Shown one piece after another: positions 38,179 through 42,950 of a stretch of DNA of 42,950 nucleotides. The position numbers were made by a program, and so were the translations under genes. This stretch comes from a virus (taxonomy: Duplodnaviria; Heunggongvirae; Uroviricota; Caudoviricetes), in IMG/VR virus record IMGVR_UViG_2870479586_000005, one strand, 5' to 3'. Each line of letters starts with the position of its first letter. Position 1 is the stretch's first letter. The notes beneath the pieces are model-generated. The model saw only the letters and a list, made by a program, of their open reading frames with translations, had not been told where the DNA came from and did no database searches.

Positions 38179-38499
38179 ATGGAAGCGCGCACCATCCCAG
38201 TAACACTCTTTATTCATTATGCAACTTCAACTTTCAGCCACGAAAAGCTGCTTGTTGCGACGGTTGATATGTCAAAAAATTTTCCAGACAGGTACATCCT
38301 TCTGGAAAGCCGCGAAATTGAAATTACCGTCAACCAGCCCCAGCCAATCGACATCATCGGTTTACAGGTCGAGCAGCTGCATGAGCAAAAACAGAAAACA
38401 GCCGCCGACGCCCAACAGCGTATTGCTGCTATCGATGACGAAATCCAGCAGTTACTTTGCATCGAATACACGCCAGATACCGATGAAATCCCCTACTAA
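38179..38499 (+). CDS. hypothetical early-left protein
   Basis: 106-aa ORF with AAGGAG Shine-Dalgarno. Confidence 0.4.
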   Translation: MEARTIPVTLFIHYATSTFSHEKLLVATVDMSKNFPDRYILLESREIEITVNQPQPIDIIGLQVEQLHEQKQKTAADAQQRIAAIDDEIQQLLCIEYTPDTDEIPY

Positions 38500-38529
38500 A
38501 GACCACTGACCTGTAATGAGGAAAGACCA

Positions 38530-38859
38530 ATGACCATTTTTAACGGCTTGTTAGAAGCGAAAAAAGGCGCGCTCAAAAACGGTGCGATCCCGGCGCTGGC
38601 CATCGCCATCGACGCCCCTAACAAAAAAGTTGCCGAGAACATCATCATCGGCAAATTGTGGGAAGCCTACCCTGACCACGGCGACAACTATTTCAAACCT
38701 AAAATCTGGGAGGATGCCCCAGGCCAACCGCGCCCAGGCGTCGGTGAGTTTGATGAGACGTTTGCCACAGAACACAGTTTTGATGGCGAAAAATGGGTAG
38801 TTAACCCCCCGCTGATTCAGATAGCGGTTCAGCAGATATCGCACAGGTTAACGACCTGA
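38530..38859 (+). CDS. hypothetical early-left protein
   Basis: 109-aa ORF; ATG directly follows the repeated TAATGAGGAAAGACCA initiation module. Confidence 0.45.
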   Translation: MTIFNGLLEAKKGALKNGAIPALAIAIDAPNKKVAENIIIGKLWEAYPDHGDNYFKPKIWEDAPGQPRPGVGEFDETFATEHSFDGEKWVVNPPLIQIAVQQISHRLTT

Positions 38860-40745
38860 TGAAACTGCCTGCTCGTGAACGCTTCGCCGCCGTCCTGCTG
38901 TTCAGCCACGACGCCAACGAAGTCGACAGTGAATTGCTTGCGCAGACGCGTGAATACCTGGAGATGCTCGACAACAGTGATACTAACAGTGAGGATGAGG
39001 TTGACGCGTTTAACCGCATCGTCCTCGATGCCATGGTAGCGTGTAAGCCCATTGAGTACATGCATATTGCTGGATTGAATAATCTGGTACATGCAATTTT
39101 GGCAAGTTGCGATACCCAGGAACAAAACCCGACCAGTTGGACTATCTCCAAATTTATAAAAAAATGGGTAGAGAATCCCGGTAAACGCGATGAAATGCTG
39201 CCGGAGGTAAAACCACAAACAGCATCCGCACGTCCTTACCAACAGACTCACGCCACACTGGATCGTGAAATTGCCTGCGCCCTGTTACCTGTTGCCCCGG
39301 AAAAAATCACCCCCAGCATCCTGAAAGCGGCAGACGAAATAATCAGTCAGGACAGGGAAGATTTTAAACGCTGGTCAATGGCCTTGCGCACAACGGATCA
39401 GATCCTTGCCTATGACCGCGCATCAGTATTCGGTGTTATTCAGAGCGCCCCCGCAAAAGACACGTACCACTTCCCACAATCCCTGCGCAGTCACATCGAC
39501 AACTGGCTGCAAGCTAACGGGCAGCGTGATGCAAATGCTGTTGAAGAGAAGCCAAAGGAAGCAGCACCAAAGGATGATGTAAAAGTCACCAACCACGGCG
39601 GCGGACGATTCTCAATTGATGGGATGATGTCAGAAACATCCTCAAATCAGGGCGAAAAAAGCGAAGCAGCAAATGCTGGAGAACGTAGTTTGCAGCAGTT
39701 GCGTGAGCAGTTTGTCACGCCCCGCCATGTGTATGGCGTACCAGAAAATAACGCCGTATCACAGCGGGAATCTGTAACTGTTATCCTGGAAGAAGAGACT
39801 CCTCCACAAGAAAAACTTAGCGAGCAGGTAAAGGAGCCTGTGCAGAACGTTGACGCGCTGGTTGAGCGGATCCATACCGAAGAGCACCAGCGGCAGAATG
39901 CAATCTCAGCTATCGAAACGGAGTTAAATGACTCCAGTGATACGGATAACCTGGCATTGTGGAAGAACGTATTCAAAACCGATGAGCGTTTCACCAAAGC
40001 TTTCTCTCAGAATGGCGGCGGCACATCCATCAACGGTACTTATATAGCGATGAAAGCGACTCGCGAATTTGGGCCGTTTGGTATTGGCTGGGGTGTAGAG
40101 GTGGTGGAAGAGCGTTTTGATAAAGGCGCACCGATAGTTCGCAAAAAACAGGTTGGTGAAAAAATAGAATGGGATCTGATTCAAGACGGAGTTGGCGGGT
40201 ACCTATGTGAAATGCACCACACCATGAAAGTTAGAGTCTGGTACATATTGAATGGGGTGCGCGGTGAGTCCGAGGCTTACGGATGCACACCTTATATCTA
40301 CGACACTAAATACGGACCAACAAGCGACGGCGAAGCGCCGAAGAAATCCTGGACGGATGCTGTTAAGAAAGCGCTATCCCCTCTCGGATTCAGCGCCGAT
40401 ATTTTCATGGGCCTGTACGACAATCCGGAATACCGCCAGAGGAATAAAGCTGAGTTTGATATCAAGAATGCCAGCGAAAATGCGGAAGATGCTACCCGTC
40501 TGCGTAAGGAACTGGATGAGAAGCTTATCAACGTTGCCAATACGCTGGCCGCCGCGGTAACCGCCAACGAAGTAAACAAGGTATTTGGCCTCATCGCCCG
40601 CGAAGTGGATGTACACCGAAAAGCAGCAGAAGCCAAAGGCGATAAAGAATATTCATCGTATCTGGGATCGCGCCTGCGCCGTATCACCGACATCAAAACT
40701 GAACGCCTCGCCGCCCTCACCGCTGCACAGGAGCAAACCGCATGA
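38859..40745 (+). CDS. large early protein, possible single-strand annealing recombinase (Erf/Rad52-like C-terminal region)
   Basis: 628-aa ORF; C-terminal KKSWTDAVKKALSPLGFSADIFMGLYDNPEY loosely recalls the Erf-family conserved segment; upstream of a Gp157-like gene. Confidence 0.35.
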   Translation: MKLPARERFAAVLLFSHDANEVDSELLAQTREYLEMLDNSDTNSEDEVDAFNRIVLDAMVACKPIEYMHIAGLNNLVHAILASCDTQEQNPTSWTISKFIKKWVENPGKRDEMLPEVKPQTASARPYQQTHATLDREIACALLPVAPEKITPSILKAADEIISQDREDFKRWSMALRTTDQILAYDRASVFGVIQSAPAKDTYHFPQSLRSHIDNWLQANGQRDANAVEEKPKEAAPKDDVKVTNHGGGRFSIDGMMSETSSNQGEKSEAANAGERSLQQLREQFVTPRHVYGVPENNAVSQRESVTVILEEETPPQEKLSEQVKEPVQNVDALVERIHTEEHQRQNAISAIETELNDSSDTDNLALWKNVFKTDERFTKAFSQNGGGTSINGTYIAMKATREFGPFGIGWGVEVVEERFDKGAPIVRKKQVGEKIEWDLIQDGVGGYLCEMHHTMKVRVWYILNGVRGESEAYGCTPYIYDTKYGPTSDGEAPKKSWTDAVKKALSPLGFSADIFMGLYDNPEYRQRNKAEFDIKNASENAEDATRLRKELDEKLINVANTLAAAVTANEVNKVFGLIAREVDVHRKAAEAKGDKEYSSYLGSRLRRITDIKTERLAALTAAQEQTA

Positions 40746-41311
40746 GCACAGCTATCGCTATTGCAAAAGAATATGCCAGCCTGATTGACCTGCTGGAAAC
40801 CTCCGACGAACTGACGCCAGAGATGATCGCCGACACGCTTGAAGGTATGGAAGGAGAACTGGGAGACAAACTGGACGCCATGATGGTCATCTGCCGCAAT
40901 TTACAGGGCAATGCCAATACCTGCGCTGAAGAAATGTCTCGCCTGGCTACCCGTAAGACGTCCTTTGAAGGCAAGGAAAAAGCAATCCGAAAGCATATGC
41001 TCGCCTGCCTGCAAGCTGCTGGCCTGGATAAACTGAAAACCGCAAAAAACACATTTACTGATGCACAGGGGGCTATCCGGGTAATTATCGATAGCAAAGA
41101 TAAGATCCCGGATGAGTATGAAGGCGTGTCACTTGTTGATGTAGAAACGGTTATTACACCAAACAAGCGAGCCATTAAAGAAGTGATTGAATCTGCGGAG
41201 GCGGTTGCCGCCGAAATACTGGCGCGTGGAGAAACACCACCAGCCGAGTTATTAAACCCGGTACCAGGCGCACATCTGGAACGCGGCGAACGTTCACTGA
41301 GGGTACGCTAA
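40742..41311 (+). CDS. Gp157-like protein (recombination-associated family)
   Basis: 189-aa ORF coupled to the upstream gene; family assignment from recall. Confidence 0.4.
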   Translation: MSTAIAIAKEYASLIDLLETSDELTPEMIADTLEGMEGELGDKLDAMMVICRNLQGNANTCAEEMSRLATRKTSFEGKEKAIRKHMLACLQAAGLDKLKTAKNTFTDAQGAIRVIIDSKDKIPDEYEGVSLVDVETVITPNKRAIKEVIESAEAVAAEILARGETPPAELLNPVPGAHLERGERSLRVR

Positions 41312-41471
41312 TGCTTAAACTCACATTAAAGCGTGGTGACGCGGTTCACCTGGTACTTGCCGATGGAACCAACGGCATTATTGAAGCACGGAGCCGCTGC
41401 GAACTTGGGCTACACCTGCCAGAAAACATTAAGGTCACGCGGGAGAAATCGGCATTCCCCCACCAGAACTG
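41310..41471 (+). CDS. small hypothetical protein (53 aa)
   Basis: ATG overlapping the upstream stop (TAATG); MLKLTLKRGDAVHLVLADG... ; below the ORF-track cut-off. Confidence 0.25.
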
Positions 41472-41701
41472 ATTACGCCTAATCAGAAATAAAAACTCAC
41501 CATCGCTAGCATTGCGATTCACCAGTAACCGGAGGATCACAATGCTGCGATGGCAACCGGGAGCAACTCTGCTCTCCGCATTTGATATCAAAATTGGCCG
41601 ACTGTCGGCCAGCGTCAGGAAACAGGCTGTGACCGAGTCTGATATTGCCCGTGCCTGCAAGGCGGCAGATGACGCAATAAGCTACATAATGAGGAAAGAC
41701 C

Positions 41702-41965
41702 ATGAGAAGCGATCACGACATAATCACCAGAGAAGAAATGGTCGAGCTGACGGGAAGCCCACTTAAATCAAAGCAATGTGAGGCTCTTCGCCGGGCTGGA
41801 ATTTTCTTCATGGAAAGGGCTGACGGGCACCCAAAAACAACCTGGGGCCATTTCATGAACCCAATAAAATTTCGCAATTTACAGGAGGTGACGACGCGAA
41901 AAGATGATGAACCTGATTTTGGAGCAATATTTAATGGCCGGAAAGAGAAAGAACCCAGCAGATAA
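41702..41965 (+). CDS. DUF4224-like small protein (possible excision/directionality factor)
   Basis: 87-aa ORF immediately upstream of the integrase; ATG follows the repeated initiation module. Confidence 0.45.
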   Translation: MRSDHDIITREEMVELTGSPLKSKQCEALRRAGIFFMERADGHPKTTWGHFMNPIKFRNLQEVTTRKDDEPDFGAIFNGRKEKEPSR

Positions 41966-42950
41966 CTGGATGCCGCCTCGTGTTTACCAGGGCAAAGCGG
42001 CCTACGAATTCAGGAATAAAGATAACAAAGCGATACGCCTGTGCGCATTGGATGCGCCACGATCAGCCGTATGGCTGGCATATGAAAAAGCGGTCGGTGA
42101 CGAAAAAGAAAGAAATACTTTTCAGGCGCTCGCGGAACAATTCATGACCTCCCCTGATTTTATGGATTTGGCAGTCGAAACCAGGAAAGACTACACAAAA
42201 TATTCCGGAAAAGTTCTGCCTGTCTTCGGGAAGATCGACCCGGATAAAATCAAACCTGAACATATTCGGCGCTATATGGATCAACGCGGTTTATCAAGCC
42301 GAACTCAGGCAAACAGGGAAAAAAGCTTTATGTCCCGGGTATTCCGTTGGGGTTATGAGCGAGGTTATGTCCAGAGGAATCCTTGCCAGGGAGTTAAGCA
42401 GTTTAAAGAGACAGCACGCGAACGTTATATTACGGATGAAGAATATCAGGCCGTTTATGAAGTGTCTCCTGACGTCGTTCGCGTGGCAATGGAGATTGCC
42501 TACTTATGCGTGGCCAGACAGAGTGATGTACTTTCATTGCAGAAAGACCAGCTGTTCAATTCCGGGATCTACATTCGTCAGGGAAAAACCGGCGTTAAGC
42601 AAATCAAAGCCTGGTCGCCTCGTCTGCAGAAAGCGATAGCTCTGGCTCGTTCTCTGCCATTAAAAACGGGAATCAGTAGCCTGTTTGTGATTCATCAAAC
42701 TACCGGTGGCAAGTACACCCGTGATGGTTTTAACTCTCGTTGGCGTGATGTCAAAGCGGCAGCACAGGAAAAATATCCTCATCTGCAAATAGACTTCACA
42801 TTTCATGATCTGAAAGCAAAAGGTATCTCTGATCTGGAAGGCAGCCTGGAAGAGAAGCAAGCAATTTCCGGGCATAAGAACCCACGACAGACAGCTGCCT
42901 ATGACCGAAAAGTTAAAGTAGTGCCCGTAGTTGGTGGCCAGAGAAAATGA
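41904..42950 (+). CDS. tyrosine integrase (site-specific recombinase)
   Basis: 348-aa ORF ending at the window edge; C-terminal catalytic region FHDLKAKG...GHKNPRQTAAYDRK with His and Tyr; true start probably at 41934 or 41970. Confidence 0.85.
   Translation: MMNLILEQYLMAGKRKNPADNWMPPRVYQGKAAYEFRNKDNKAIRLCALDAPRSAVWLAYEKAVGDEKERNTFQALAEQFMTSPDFMDLAVETRKDYTKYSGKVLPVFGKIDPDKIKPEHIRRYMDQRGLSSRTQANREKSFMSRVFRWGYERGYVQRNPCQGVKQFKETARERYITDEEYQAVYEVSPDVVRVAMEIAYLCVARQSDVLSLQKDQLFNSGIYIRQGKTGVKQIKAWSPRLQKAIALARSLPLKTGISSLFVIHQTTGGKYTRDGFNSRWRDVKAAAQEKYPHLQIDFTFHDLKAKGISDLEGSLEEKQAISGHKNPRQTAAYDRKVKVVPVVGGQRK

Overview
The window is almost entirely one ~43-kb temperate prophage of enterobacterial type, running from tail gene D at position 1 to a tyrosine integrase ending at 42950. 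All calls rest on reading the ORF translations and the DNA by eye and on recalled family resemblance; no database search was run. A long minus-strand operon (36.7 kb down to 1) encodes cro/YdaS-like and YdaT-like regulators, an O-like replication initiator with internal origin iterons, a DnaB-like helicase, a nin-like region (DUF1367, YbcO/DUF1364), a Q-like late regulator, a lysis cassette, a lambda-like packaging and head module (Nu1, A, W, B, C, D, E, FI, FII) and a P2-like contractile tail module (V, W, J, I, H, G, sheath, tube, E, T, U, X, D). The plus strand carries an XRE-type repressor with no peptidase domain, then an early-left operon (Erf-like recombinase candidate, Gp157-like protein, DUF4224-like protein, integrase). 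Between the nin-like region and the replication genes lies an AT-rich, mixed-strand accessory island (about 23.2-31.5 kb). Its most interesting content is a tightly coupled operon of an ImmA/IrrE-type HExxH metallopeptidase with a two-TM membrane protein in place of the usual HTH partner, followed by a 4.4-kb cassette bracketed by a 73-bp direct repeat and carrying a zinc-ribbon protein, a DUF2971-like protein and an LprI-like lipoprotein; I regard these as candidate, uncharacterised anti-phage or exclusion modules, function unproven. Several structural genes (tape measure, sheath, V, and a nin-region gene) are split across frames, three of them at G/C or A/T homopolymers, which points to homopolymer under-calling or a decaying prophage.
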